Origin: Nitrospinaceae bacterium
Lineage (GTDB): Bacteria; Nitrospinota_A; UBA7883; JAJDBK01
Reading direction: 5' to 3'
Assembly: GCA_029261405.1 (NCBI GenBank)
Contig: JAJDBK010000048.1
Span: 773 to 64,772 of the forward strand
DNA length: 64,000 nt
The number at the start of each line of letters is the position of its first letter. The first letter of the stretch is position 1. Position numbers and translations under genes: made by a program. Positions 27,642-37,332 of the stretch are shown in pieces. A model generated the notes under the pieces. The model was not told the DNA's origin. It did no database searches and saw only the letters and a program-made list of their open reading frames with translations.

Positions 27642-28925
27642 ATGGAGAAAAAAAGAAAAGAAATGGTGATCGAAGAAGAGAGTATTGACAGCCGGTTAAA
27701 GACCGTGGCGCTATCGGGGCTGGTCCTTGCCGGTATCCTCGGATCGTGCTCCCTTTATCTGCTCGTTACAGGGTCGGGTGATATATTTTACCAGTTTTTA
27801 ACGGCCCATCTCTCTCTGGCTCTACACCTCTGGTTACCTGTGGTGGAGATCATTTTGTTCAGGGCCTGCTATTCATCTCTTGTGAAGAGAGAGCCTGGTT
27901 TTTCGGGTGTCACTTTCTGGTCCGTTACCGCCGGTTTTTTTCTTATGGTAGCTGGCATTGTGACAGGAATTGACCGCGCAATTCCCATAGATTACGCTCC
28001 GTTTTTTTATTCGCCTCTCTTTTTCTGCGGTATGGTCACAATTTATATTACATGGTTGTTCAACTCAATGGCTCCACTGATAGCCTTCAGACGATACAAA
28101 CTGGAGTCGCAGGCCGCCATGGCTCCGTGGTGGTTTGCCGGGTACGCAACAGCTTCGATAGCCGCCATGGTCACGGCTGTCAATACGATTCTCGGTTTTA
28201 TCACAGTTCCCTCGGGTCTGGAAATCGGGTTTTTTATTGAAGCTTCCATTTACGGCGGCGGACATTCCATACAGTTTGTTCATATCTCCCTGATGATCGC
28301 TTTATGGGCGAAAATATCGGGATTCCCCAAATCAGACAGGTTCGGAAAGGTGGCGCAGGTGGTATTTACGTTAATCGCCTGCCTCGCATTATTGACTCCC
28401 GCCATGTATCTTTTCGACAACGCATTAGAACAGACCCGCCAGAGTGGATGGACCCTTCTGCTAGGTATCGGACTCGGTTCGTTTTCCATGATCGCCGCCA
28501 TGACCGTTATCTTGGGAATGAGATGGTCTGCAACGATGGCGCCGGTGATACTTTTATCATTCGCCTGTTTTCTGGTGGGGGGATGGGCGCCTGGTCTCGC
28601 GGACCGCACATCCCTCTCGCTGACGGCTCATTTTCATGGTTTGCTTGGAGGTTTTACCGCTACTTTTCTTCTGGTCGTTTATCAGTCGGGAAACCGTGAG
28701 GATTGGCGAAAGGCATTCCTGTTCGGAGCGGGAATACTTGTGTTGGCCTTTTCGTTTGCCGACCTTTCTTCGTTGCCTCTACTTAGAAAAGCATCCACTC
28801 TGGCAGGAGTCTACAGTATGAATCCGTTGGCGGCGACAGGTCTGCTTGCGGGTGGATTGATCTCTGGAATTGGGGTTATCTGGATAGCATTCGACAAGGA
28901 AAAGATAGAGGATAATCACGCCTGA
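27642..28925 (+). CDS. 12-TM membrane protein resembling haem-copper oxidase subunit I (divergent and orphan)
   Basis: 12 predicted helices. TM2 FLTAHLSLALH, TM6 IYGGGHSIQFVH and TM10 LTAHFHGLLGG resemble COX1 TAH..., GHP... and AHFH. TM7 has no HH pair. The assignment is tentative. Confidence 0.4.
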   Translation: MEKKRKEMVIEEESIDSRLKTVALSGLVLAGILGSCSLYLLVTGSGDIFYQFLTAHLSLALHLWLPVVEIILFRACYSSLVKREPGFSGVTFWSVTAGFFLMVAGIVTGIDRAIPIDYAPFFYSPLFFCGMVTIYITWLFNSMAPLIAFRRYKLESQAAMAPWWFAGYATASIAAMVTAVNTILGFITVPSGLEIGFFIEASIYGGGHSIQFVHISLMIALWAKISGFPKSDRFGKVAQVVFTLIACLALLTPAMYLFDNALEQTRQSGWTLLLGIGLGSFSMIAAMTVILGMRWSATMAPVILLSFACFLVGGWAPGLADRTSLSLTAHFHGLLGGFTATFLLVVYQSGNREDWRKAFLFGAGILVLAFSFADLSSLPLLRKASTLAGVYSMNPLAATGLLAGGLISGIGVIWIAFDKEKIEDNHA

Positions 28926-29005
28926 CACTTATGTTATACTGGTCGCCACTTATTAAGACCATCAATTTGCCTGGGTTGCATTTATATCCGAGGAGGGGGA
29001 AGACG

Positions 29006-29725
29006 ATGAAAAGAAAACTTATAATGTTAACGGTCATTACGCTTGTCATTGCGCTAAGTGGTGGAAACGCTTTGGCCAAAGGCAAAAAGGTTCTCGCCGT
29101 TGATGAGTTCAAAAACAGTACCAGCGCATCATGGTGGAGAACCGGTGTCGGTAGTGAGCTGTCTGGAATGCTGACAAACGAACTGGGGGCTTCCGGTAAA
29201 TTCAAGATGGTCGAACGCAAAAAGATCGACTCAGTTTTAAGAGAGCAGAATCTGGGCGCATCGGGGAGGATCCGTAAAGGGACCGCCGCCAAGATAGGCA
29301 AACTTACAGGCGCGCAATACCTGATTATGGGTACCGTTAGCGCATATGAGGAAGGTTCGTCAAGCACTGGTGGTGGCTTGAGTTTCGGAGGAATATCCAT
29401 CGGCGGGAAATCATCGAAGGCTTACATCGCCGTCGATCTGCGGGTTGTGGATACCACGACAGGCGATGTGGATTTCATGCGGACAATCGAAGCTAACGCC
29501 AAGAGTGGCGGGCTAAGTTTCGGTTTCTCCAAGGGTGGGCTCGGCGGAGCGCTTGGTGGTGAAAAGAAGACACCCGCCGGCAAGGCTATTCGCGCCTGCA
29601 TCATTGAGATATCGGAATATCTCGAATGTGTGATGGTCGATAAAGGCTCCTGCATCGACGAGTACAACCAGAAAGAGTCAAAACGCCGGGCTAAAACCAA
29701 AAGCGCGATTGATCTTGACGACTAG
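29006..29725 (+). CDS. CsgG/HfaB-family outer-membrane secretion-channel protein
   Basis: ATG at 29006 after GGAGGGGG. KKVLAVDEFKN...LTNELGASGKFKMVERKKIDSVLREQNL...GAQYLIMGTVSAYEE...IAVDLRVVDTTTGDV matches the CsgG-family core. The signal peptide has no lipobox Cys. Confidence 0.75.
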   Translation: MKRKLIMLTVITLVIALSGGNALAKGKKVLAVDEFKNSTSASWWRTGVGSELSGMLTNELGASGKFKMVERKKIDSVLREQNLGASGRIRKGTAAKIGKLTGAQYLIMGTVSAYEEGSSSTGGGLSFGGISIGGKSSKAYIAVDLRVVDTTTGDVDFMRTIEANAKSGGLSFGFSKGGLGGALGGEKKTPAGKAIRACIIEISEYLECVMVDKGSCIDEYNQKESKRRAKTKSAIDLDD

Positions 29726-29741
29726 ATAACGCAATTATTAT

Positions 29742-29778
29742 AGGGCGCGGTCTGAATCTGATCGCGCCCTTTCTTTAT
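29742..29778 (+). terminator. Rho-independent terminator after the CsgG-family gene
   Basis: AGGGCGCG-(13 nt)-CGCGCCCT followed by TTCTTT. Confidence 0.7.
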
Positions 29779-29791
29779 GTAAGGTTCTTTA

Positions 29792-30442
29792 TTGATTATG
29801 ACCTCCCACGATTCTCTCGTAGTTGCCCTTCCGAAAGGGCGAGTCTTGCCACCCACCGTTGCTGTGTTCAAGGTGGCTGGTTACGATTTTTCCGAAACTT
29901 TAGGTGACAGCAGAAAACTGATATTCGATGCCATAGGTTCTTCCGCCAAAGCGTTGGTAATCCGGGCCCAGGATGTGGCTGTTTATGTGGAGAATGGAGC
30001 GGCGGACGTGGGGGTGGTAGGGTCAGACGTTCTTTTGGAGCAGGGGAGGGATCTGTACGAACCTCTCGACCTCGGTCTGGGTCGATGCAGTATGGTGGTG
30101 GCTGAACCGAAAGAGCTTTCGCAACGGGATAATCCAAACGAGTGGACCCATATAAAAATCGCCACTAAATACCCGAAAATAACCCAGGCCCACTTTGCGG
30201 GACGAGGGGTGCAACTGGAGCTTATAAAACTGTACGGATCGATGGAGCTTGCTCCGTTGGTAGGGCTTTGTCAGCGGATCGTCGATCTTGTTTCGACAGG
30301 CGAAACCCTTCGGCAAAACGGACTTGTCGAGGTGGAGACGATCATGGAGGTTTCGGCGCGGCTGGTTGTAAACAGGGCTTCGTTAAAGACCAAGAGCAAA
30401 GTAATCGGCCCCTTGATCGAAAGACTTGCGGAGGCCGTTTAA
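29792..30442 (+). CDS. hisG: ATP phosphoribosyltransferase, short form (HisG)
   Basis: LVVALPKGRVL..., VIRAQDVAVYVENGAADVGVVGSDVL..., about 215 aa with no C-terminal regulatory domain. Confidence 0.9.
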   Translation: MIMTSHDSLVVALPKGRVLPPTVAVFKVAGYDFSETLGDSRKLIFDAIGSSAKALVIRAQDVAVYVENGAADVGVVGSDVLLEQGRDLYEPLDLGLGRCSMVVAEPKELSQRDNPNEWTHIKIATKYPKITQAHFAGRGVQLELIKLYGSMELAPLVGLCQRIVDLVSTGETLRQNGLVEVETIMEVSARLVVNRASLKTKSKVIGPLIERLAEAV

Positions 30443-30444
30443 CA

Positions 30445-31017
30445 TTGAGTCGTACAGGCTCTTGTAAAGGCCCTCTTGTCCTGATCGGTTTCAAAGGTTG
30501 TGGAAAATCGACCATCGGGCGGATAATCGGAGATAAAACCGGGCTTGATTTTATCGACACCGACGCCTCCATTGTGAGGGCTTACCAGTCTAGGACCGGA
30601 TTGAATCTTACTTTCCGGGAGGTATACCAGGAGGTGGGTGGCGACCAGTTTCGGAGTATGGAGCTTGATGCGGTAATAGAGGCGTTGAAGATAAAAAGGC
30701 AGGTTGTCTCCTTCGGAGGTGGAACCCTGCAAAACGCCGAGAGCGCAGGTGTCGATTTTGGTGATGCGATATTCGTGAAAATCGAAACAGATGTGGAATT
30801 TCTCTATAATAGGGTCATGAATAAGGGGCGTCCCGCTTTTCTCGATCCTGAAGACCCGAAAGGATCATTTATGGCCAGGATGAAAGAGCGAACTCCGCTA
30901 TACGATAAATATGCTAGGTTTTCAGTGAACAACACCAACCTGACCGCCGATCACTCTGCGGATATGATAATAGCCGAAGTCGGGCAAGATTTGGGGGTAA
31001 CCGTTGATGGCGGGTAA
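30445..31017 (+). CDS. aroK: Shikimate kinase AroK
   Basis: P-loop [14 protein letters not shown] and DTD motif. The likely start is the TTG at 30445, just after the hisG stop, with GGAGG 10 nt upstream. The track start at 30268 overlaps hisG. Confidence 0.8.
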   Translation: MSRTGSCKGPLVLIGFKGCGKSTIGRIIGDKTGLDFIDTDASIVRAYQSRTGLNLTFREVYQEVGGDQFRSMELDAVIEALKIKRQVVSFGGGTLQNAESAGVDFGDAIFVKIETDVEFLYNRVMNKGRPAFLDPEDPKGSFMARMKERTPLYDKYARFSVNNTNLTADHSADMIIAEVGQDLGVTVDGG

Positions 31018-32071
31018 TTCTTTCGGAGTCCAGTTCAGGGTCACTACCTGGGGAGAATCCCATGGACCGGCTATTGGTGTGGTTATCGATGGATGTCCCG
31101 CCGGGCTTTCCATTTCGGAGGATACTATCCAGACCCAGCTTGAACGTAGACGCACAGGGTTAAGCTCCATCACAAGCCAGCGCAAGGAACCTGATAAATG
31201 CAAGATTCTCTCCGGTCTTTTCGAGGGGAAAACCACAGGCGCTCCGATCCAGATACTAATTGAGAATAAAGACGCCGACTCTTCGGCCTACGACGAAATC
31301 AAAGATATTTTCAGGCCGGGTCACGCCGATTATACTTACCATAAAAAATATGGTCTGCGAGATCATCGTGGAGGGGGAAGGTCGTCCGCCCGCGAAACCG
31401 CTTGCCGTGTGGCGGCGGGGGCTGTGGCAAAGGAGCTTTTAGCAGCTTGCGGCATCGAAGTTTTCGCCCATACCGTGAGCATTCATTTTGTAAGGGCGGA
31501 GACTTTCGACAGGGCTGTGATAGAACAGAACATCGTTCGTTGCGCCGACCCTGATGTCGTGGAGGAGATGATCGACTCGATCCATACAGCCCGCAAAAAT
31601 GGTGATTCGTTAGGTGGTGTTGTCCAGGTTGAAGCGACGGGTGTTCCCGCCGGTTTGGGAGAGCCTGTCTTCGACCGTTTCGACGCTGATCTTGCCAAAG
31701 CTCTTATGAGTATCAACGCCGTCAAAGGTGTGGAGATAGGCTCCGGTTTTTCCGCTACGAGCAGTCGCGGTTCGGAAAATAACGATAATATGACACCGGG
31801 CGACCCTCCCGGATTTGCGTCGAACAATTCGGGCGGAATAGACGGTGGAATCACCAACGGAAACACAATAGTGGCCCGTATTGCCATAAAACCGACCCCA
31901 TCGATTCTAAACGAACAGTCTTCAGTGAACAAGGATGGGAACGCCGTAATGGTGCGGACGAAGGGTCGGCACGACCCGTGTGTATGCCCTCGCGCTGTTC
32001 CGGTAGCCGAGGCTATGCTCGCCCTGACATTGGCGGATCATGTCCTGCGCAACAGAAGCGCCAAAGCATAG
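31007..32071 (+). CDS. aroC: Chorismate synthase AroC
   Basis: [34 protein letters not shown]..., [17 protein letters not shown]. Overlaps the aroK stop. Confidence 0.95.
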   Translation: MAGNSFGVQFRVTTWGESHGPAIGVVIDGCPAGLSISEDTIQTQLERRRTGLSSITSQRKEPDKCKILSGLFEGKTTGAPIQILIENKDADSSAYDEIKDIFRPGHADYTYHKKYGLRDHRGGGRSSARETACRVAAGAVAKELLAACGIEVFAHTVSIHFVRAETFDRAVIEQNIVRCADPDVVEEMIDSIHTARKNGDSLGGVVQVEATGVPAGLGEPVFDRFDADLAKALMSINAVKGVEIGSGFSATSSRGSENNDNMTPGDPPGFASNNSGGIDGGITNGNTIVARIAIKPTPSILNEQSSVNKDGNAVMVRTKGRHDPCVCPRAVPVAEAMLALTLADHVLRNRSAKA

Positions 32072-35033
32072 AGGTCGCTTGGGTAACGTCGAGAGCCTGA
32101 TCGAAAAGGTTCGTGGCAGGCGGGATTTGGGCGCCAATATCGTTTACGAACGGGCCATCGAACCTGTCACAGCGGCATGGCGACCATTACCCGGGAACAT
32201 TCACCCCTCTCTGACAAAACGTCTCTTGATGATGGGAATTGAGAATGTCTACAGCCATCAGGAGGAGGCGATCAGGTTCGCCCTTGATGGAAACGATGTA
32301 ATAATCGCCACACCCACCGCATCGGGGAAAACATTCTGCTACACCATTCCAGTGGCAAACGCTCTGCTCAACGACTCATCCGCCACAGCGTTATTTCTCT
32401 TTCCGTTAAAAGCCCTTGCCAGGGATCAGGTAAACTCCTTCAACCACCTGATGGAAGAATTGCCCGGCGCGATTAAAGCGGATGTTTTTGATGGCGACAC
32501 CACGCCGCATTTCAGACAGAAGATTATCGGGGGGAACCCCGGAGTCATATTTTCTAATCCCGATACCCTGCACGCTTCGATCATGCCGGCCCACGCCAAA
32601 TGGGAGATGTTTTTTCGTAATTTAAAGTATGTAGTTATTGATGAGACCCACACATATCGTGGTGTGTTCGGATCGCATATAGCGCAGGTGATTCGACGGC
32701 TTCATCGGATATGCGGACATTACGGATCGAACCCGGTTTTTATCGCATCGTCGGCCACTATAAGCCAACCGGGACGTTTCGCCGGGAAACTTCTGGGTCG
32801 AAAGTTTTATGTGGTGGAAAATTCCGGGGCGCCGCGTCCGGGTGGTGAATTTATTGTTTACAATACCGAAGCCAGCCCTTTTACCGACGCCTCAAAAATA
32901 ATCCGGGCCGCTGTAGAGGAAGGATGCAAGTCGATAACCTTCACCAAGGCGAGAAAGATAACGGAGCTTATCTACACCTGGACAGTGCAGGCGGCGCCGG
33001 AGCTTGCGGGAAGAATCGGCAATTACAGGGCGGGCTTCCTCCCGGAAGAGAGACGGAAGATTGAGCAGTCCCTCTTTTCAGGCGGGATGGACGCTGTGAT
33101 AAGCACCTCGGCGCTGGAGATGGGTGTCGATATCGGTGGTCTCGACGTATGTATCCTGGCGGGTTATCCGGGTACGGTGGTAAACACCTGGCAGAGGGCG
33201 GGGAGGGTGGGGCGGCGGGGCGACAACCGGTTCCTCGTTCTCCTGATAGCCATGCCGGACGCTCTCGACCAGTATTTTGTGAAACGACCGGAAGAGCTTT
33301 TCAACCGCGGATTTGAAGAGGCGGTAGTCGATCCTGAAAACGAATCGGCGCTGAAGGGGCATATCGTTTGTGCGGCGGCGGAACTGCCCCTTACGGAGGA
33401 TGATCCTTATTTTACCCCCCATAAACGTTCCCCCCTGATGGCGACCCTTACAGCGGAGAAAAAAATCGTCTTTTCGATGGAGGGCAGATGGCTCTCCACG
33501 AGGGATCGCCCCAGCAGGTTCGTCAGCATCCGTTCGGTAGGTCAGTCTTATTCCATATTTCTCGATGGCGGCAAAAAAGTTATCGGAACCTTGTCCGGGT
33601 CGAGAGTTTTCGCCGAAGCCCATCCGGGGGCCGTATATCTGCATAACGGGGCGCAATATATCGTTTTGAACCTCGATCTTGAAAAACGGGTCGTAACCGT
33701 TAAACCGATGGATGGGCGGTATTACACCCGGCCCCGGAGTGAAAAAGAGACCGAAGTTCTTTCTGTAATAGATGAGAAGCTGGTGAACGGGCATAAAGTT
33801 TCGCTTGGCGGGGTTAAGGTGACTGAACAGGTTACCGGATATGAAAAGCGGGCGATCTTCGGACGGGAGTCGCTCGGTGTTATTGATCTTCAGATGCCGG
33901 TGACGGAATTTAACACCGTGGGATTCTGGGTTGAGATAAGCGAGAGTGTAAAAGCTGAGATCGACTCTACCACAGGCTATTTTGGAGGGGGAATCCACGC
34001 TTTTGAACATGCGGTCATATCCCTTTTCCCTCTCTTCGCCCTCTGCGACCGAAACGACATCGGTGGTATCGCATATCCGCATCATCCCGCACTGGGCCGG
34101 TCCGCTATATTCTTTTATGACGGATATCAGGATGGAGTAGGGTTGTGCGAAGCCGGTTACGCAAAAGTCGAAAAACTTTTCAGGGCCGCTTTAACACTTG
34201 TATCGGAGTGTGATTGTAGCGACGGATGTCCGTCATGCGCGCATTCACCAAAATGCGGGTCGGGAAACAAACCTCTCGACAAAAAAGCCGCCATAACGGT
34301 TCTGGAATACCTTTGCGGAGAGCGTAAAATACCTGAATGGCGCGATCGGCCGGTTAGCGGAAAAACTCCAGCCAAACAACAATTTGCATCCATGGAGAAA
34401 ATAATGATCGCTGAAGATATCGACTTTTACGATCCGGCGCCCGATCATCGAATCGTCTTTTTCGACCTCGAAACACAAAAAAGCGCCGCTGAAGTTGGTG
34501 GGTGGAACAATGTCAACAAGATGCTGATGGCGGTGGGGGTTGTCTACGATTCCAGGGAAAAAAGGTACATTCGCTATTGGGAGGATGACGCAGGCGCCCT
34601 GATAGACAAACTTCATTCAGCTGATCTGGTGGTGGGGTTTAACCAGATCAGATTCGATTATACGGTTCTCTCCCACTACACCTCGATCAATCTGGTGGAA
34701 AAAATCGGGTCGTTCGATATTCTCGTAGACGTAAACGAGAGATTGGGTCATCGCCTGAGCCTGAACCATCTCGCCAAAGCCACCCTGAACATGGAGAAAT
34801 CGGCTGACGGGTTGCAATCCCTGGTATGGTGGGCCGATGGCGAGCGTGAAAAAGTGGCCGACTACTGCGAGATGGACGTTAAGGTGACAAAAGAGCTTTT
34901 TGAATATGGTTTAGGAAACGGTCACCTGATCTACACCCACAAGAAAGGGGAGAAAGTCCAGATTCGCCTCGACTGGGAGATTGGCGAGCTTATCCGGAAA
35001 GCGGGGAAACCGAAACGGAAATTGCGGTTCTGA
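32040..35033 (+). CDS. DEAD/DEAH-box helicase with a DUF1998 zinc-cysteine domain (MrfA/YprA-like) fused to a C-terminal DEDD-type 3'-5' exonuclease domain (MrfB/YprB-like)
   Basis: Helicase motifs [19 protein letters not shown] and [13 protein letters not shown]1998 signature [25 protein letters not shown]. Exonuclease motifs [18 protein letters not shown] and ADYCEMDVK. The start is uncertain: ATG at 32040 overlaps aroC, and a TTG at 32079 is also possible. Confidence 0.8.
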   Translation: MSCATEAPKHRGRLGNVESLIEKVRGRRDLGANIVYERAIEPVTAAWRPLPGNIHPSLTKRLLMMGIENVYSHQEEAIRFALDGNDVIIATPTASGKTFCYTIPVANALLNDSSATALFLFPLKALARDQVNSFNHLMEELPGAIKADVFDGDTTPHFRQKIIGGNPGVIFSNPDTLHASIMPAHAKWEMFFRNLKYVVIDETHTYRGVFGSHIAQVIRRLHRICGHYGSNPVFIASSATISQPGRFAGKLLGRKFYVVENSGAPRPGGEFIVYNTEASPFTDASKIIRAAVEEGCKSITFTKARKITELIYTWTVQAAPELAGRIGNYRAGFLPEERRKIEQSLFSGGMDAVISTSALEMGVDIGGLDVCILAGYPGTVVNTWQRAGRVGRRGDNRFLVLLIAMPDALDQYFVKRPEELFNRGFEEAVVDPENESALKGHIVCAAAELPLTEDDPYFTPHKRSPLMATLTAEKKIVFSMEGRWLSTRDRPSRFVSIRSVGQSYSIFLDGGKKVIGTLSGSRVFAEAHPGAVYLHNGAQYIVLNLDLEKRVVTVKPMDGRYYTRPRSEKETEVLSVIDEKLVNGHKVSLGGVKVTEQVTGYEKRAIFGRESLGVIDLQMPVTEFNTVGFWVEISESVKAEIDSTTGYFGGGIHAFEHAVISLFPLFALCDRNDIGGIAYPHHPALGRSAIFFYDGYQDGVGLCEAGYAKVEKLFRAALTLVSECDCSDGCPSCAHSPKCGSGNKPLDKKAAITVLEYLCGERKIPEWRDRPVSGKTPAKQQFASMEKIMIAEDIDFYDPAPDHRIVFFDLETQKSAAEVGGWNNVNKMLMAVGVVYDSREKRYIRYWEDDAGALIDKLHSADLVVGFNQIRFDYTVLSHYTSINLVEKIGSFDILVDVNERLGHRLSLNHLAKATLNMEKSADGLQSLVWWADGEREKVADYCEMDVKVTKELFEYGLGNGHLIYTHKKGEKVQIRLDWEIGELIRKAGKPKRKLRF

Positions 35034-35035
35034 GC

Positions 35036-35731
35036 ATGAGTGAGCGCGTATTTGCGGTAGTTCCCGCAGGTGGGTCGGGAATGAGAATGGGAAGCAGTGT
35101 GAAAAAACAGTTCATCTCTCTTTTAGGGATGACCGTTCTTGAGCGTACCATCCTGGCCCTGGAACGTTCGCCCCTTGTCGAGGGCATAGTTTTATCCGCG
35201 CCAGAGGAGAGTGTCAAGGATTGCATACGGGGGTTATGTGAAAATCGAACCGAATCGAAGATTACGGAAGTGGTAACAGGTGGCTCAACGAGACAAGAGT
35301 CGGTTTATAACGGTGTTGCGGCTCTTCCAGGTGATGTTGAGTATATTCTGGTTCATGATGGTGCAAGACCTTTTGTCACAACGGAAATCATCGAAAGGGT
35401 GATCCTGCAATCGTTTGCAAGCGGAGCCGCCGTAGCCGCTGTCAAGGTGAGGGATACCCTGAAAGAAACGTGCAACGGCATCATTAGCGGGAGTATCAAC
35501 AGGGACGATGTTGTGCGAATCCAGACACCGCAATGTTTCAGGGCGGACCTTCTGAAAGACGCGATGGCTCACGCCATGAAAGATGACCATCTGGCCGACG
35601 ATGAATCATCGTTGGTCTCCAGGGTCGGAACTGATGTCACTGTGGTGGAAGGGAGCGAAACGAATATCAAGCTGACGACCAGAGAGGATTTGCTTCTGGG
35701 AGAGGCAATACTGAGTTTGCGATCCGGCTAA
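35036..35731 (+). CDS. ispD: 2-C-methyl-D-erythritol 4-phosphate cytidylyltransferase IspD
   Basis: AVVPAGGSGMRMGSSVKKQF..., VHDGARPF, IQTPQCF. Confidence 0.92.
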   Translation: MSERVFAVVPAGGSGMRMGSSVKKQFISLLGMTVLERTILALERSPLVEGIVLSAPEESVKDCIRGLCENRTESKITEVVTGGSTRQESVYNGVAALPGDVEYILVHDGARPFVTTEIIERVILQSFASGAAVAAVKVRDTLKETCNGIISGSINRDDVVRIQTPQCFRADLLKDAMAHAMKDDHLADDESSLVSRVGTDVTVVEGSETNIKLTTREDLLLGEAILSLRSG

Positions 35732-35929
35732 GATGATTTTTGTTGTACATTGCGCCCGGACGTGTCATATTCTATTCGCTAGGTATTTTATATAGGGTAT
35801 ATAGGTAATACCTGTTAAAATATCTGACGTTTCATTCTTTTTGCGCTTTTGACCCAGGTCTACCCGTCTTGGAGAATTCAGAGCCCGCGTAAAAAGGCCC
35901 TTGTCTAATATTAGGAGAGTTTTAAGAAG

Positions 35930-36211
35930 ATGGATATATATGTAGGAAACCTTGCTTACAGCGCGACCGAAGACGATATACAGCAGGTTTTCGAAACTTA
36001 CGGTCAGGTCAGTTCCGTGAAAATCATCATGGATAGAGTGACCGGAAGATCCAAAGGGTTCGGGTTTGTAACCATGGACGACGAAGAGCAAGGGGCTGCG
36101 GCTGTTGAAGGTCTTGACGGTCGTGAAGTAAGCGGACGCAGAATCAAAGTCAACAAAGCCAGGCCGAAACCGACCGGTGGCGGCGAAGGTGGTGGCGGCG
36201 GAAGATACTAG
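35930..36211 (+). CDS. RRM-type RNA-binding protein with a Gly-rich tail
   Basis: RNP-2 IYVGNL and RNP-1 KGFGFVTM. C-terminus GGGEGGGGGRY. Confidence 0.9.
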   Translation: MDIYVGNLAYSATEDDIQQVFETYGQVSSVKIIMDRVTGRSKGFGFVTMDDEEQGAAAVEGLDGREVSGRRIKVNKARPKPTGGGEGGGGGRY

Positions 36212-36242
36212 CGTCGAATAAGCAGTAATTAAAACAAGAGTC

Positions 36243-36273
36243 GGCCCTTTTTTTAAGGGTCGGCTTTTTTTTT
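36243..36273 (+). terminator. Probable intrinsic terminator after the RRM gene
   Basis: GGCCCTT-(5 nt)-AAGGGTC (one G-U pair), then GGC and T9. Confidence 0.5.
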
Positions 36274-36300
36274 GGCTCTCATGCGGTAGTTCTTTTGTGG

Positions 36301-36408
36301 CGGTGTCAGTGGCGCGACCACACCGAATAAAGTACGCCTCCGAGCCAAAGAGGCTGAAAACGCCCATCCGGGCACAGGCGGCTACTAACTCGCTGTGGTG
36401 GCGCCACT
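36301..36408. repeat. REP-like element: imperfect 18-bp inverted repeat (16/18) flanking an internal hairpin, related to the 8654..8739 repeat unit
   Basis: Left arm AGTGGCGCGACCACACCG (36308..36325); right arm CGCTGTGGTGGCGCCACT (36391..36408). Inner hairpin GCCTC-cgagccaaa-GAGGC. The right arm and its flank, ACTCGCTGTGG...GCCACTTT, match the end of the tandem array. Confidence 0.7.
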
Positions 36409-36444
36409 TTCATTGCAAACCCTCATGAATTGTTCGGGTAATTC

Positions 36445-36474
36445 TTGACATTTATTGAATAATTGGGTTATAAT
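36445..36474 (+). promoter_or_regulatory. Candidate sigma-70 promoter for cpoB
   Basis: TTGACA-N18-TATAAT (both hexamers are consensus), 24 nt upstream of the 36498 start. Confidence 0.6.
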
Positions 36475-36497
36475 TAACTTTAATTATCATCAATTCA

Positions 36498-37286
36498 GTG
36501 AAATATATAGTGGTTTTACCGCGTATGTGGTGTCGCGGTTACAGCTTTTTTTGGGTGGTTTTTCTGATTTTATCGACAGGCGCCTGCGCGTCTGGTGATA
36601 TGCCAAAAATGCGGGCCGATCTTGACGCCATGAAAAAACAGTTGTGGGCTGTCCAGAAACAGACCGCTGAACAGGGGCTTAAGGTAGCCTACAACAGCGC
36701 CGATATCGCCTTGCTTCAAGAGCGTATTAAAGCTGGCGACACGATAAAGAGAGATCGTGAAAGTGGTGGTGGTAAACCGGAGTCGGTATCCCGGCTCGAC
36801 GATTCCGGGAGTGAGGCGCTGGTTGAGGCGGACGCCGAAAAAGTAGCTCCTGCCGTAGTGGCTCAGGCTGGCGATCCAGGTGAGGGTTCCGCCGCTGATT
36901 TCAGGAAACTCTCCATTGAGCAGATGTACAAAGACGCTATGACCCGGTTTAACAACAGGGAGTATGACGAGGCAATATCGGAATTTCAGCGCCTTATAAG
37001 AAAAACACCCGATCATGCGCTGGCGGCCAACGCCCAGTTCTGGATCGGCGAGGCGTATTACATACAGAAGCGCTTCCAACACGCTTACGAGGAATATAAA
37101 AAGATATTGCTCCGATGGCCCGACAGCGCAAGGGCGCCAGATACATACCTCAAGTTGGGGCTTAGTCTGATGGCGTTAGGTGACGATAAAGAGGGGCAAC
37201 GCTATCTCGACGAACTGATGGAGCGTTACCCGGACAGTTCAGCCACTGCGTCGGCCAGAAGAAGATTCGGTGGCGTGACGCAATAG
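36498..37286 (+). CDS. cpoB: Tol-Pal-associated cell-division coordinator CpoB (YbgF), coiled coil plus TPR
   Basis: The C-terminal TPR block YKDAMTRFNNREYDEAISEFQRLIRKTPDHALAANAQFWIGEAYY...WPDSARAPDTYLKLGLSL is typical of YbgF. GTG start; an ATG at about 36525 is also possible. Confidence 0.8.
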   Translation: MKYIVVLPRMWCRGYSFFWVVFLILSTGACASGDMPKMRADLDAMKKQLWAVQKQTAEQGLKVAYNSADIALLQERIKAGDTIKRDRESGGGKPESVSRLDDSGSEALVEADAEKVAPAVVAQAGDPGEGSAADFRKLSIEQMYKDAMTRFNNREYDEAISEFQRLIRKTPDHALAANAQFWIGEAYYIQKRFQHAYEEYKKILLRWPDSARAPDTYLKLGLSLMALGDDKEGQRYLDELMERYPDSSATASARRRFGGVTQ

Positions 37287-37332
37287 GCGCGCAGAGTGTA
37301 TAAAAATATTAATTAACAGATAGGGCTTTACC

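Noticed and set aside
28876-29400. 174-aa minus-strand ORF
   Set aside because: It is antisense to the CsgG-family gene, Pro/Leu/Ser-rich, and has no start context.
33078-34085. 335-aa minus-strand ORF
   Set aside because: It lies entirely antisense to the well-supported helicase gene. Its Arg/Pro/Gly-rich composition is typical of an antisense frame, and it has no motifs.
35765-36367. 200-aa minus-strand ORF spanning the RRM gene
   Set aside because: It is antisense to a gene with clear RNP-1/RNP-2 motifs and runs through that gene's terminator and the REP-like element.
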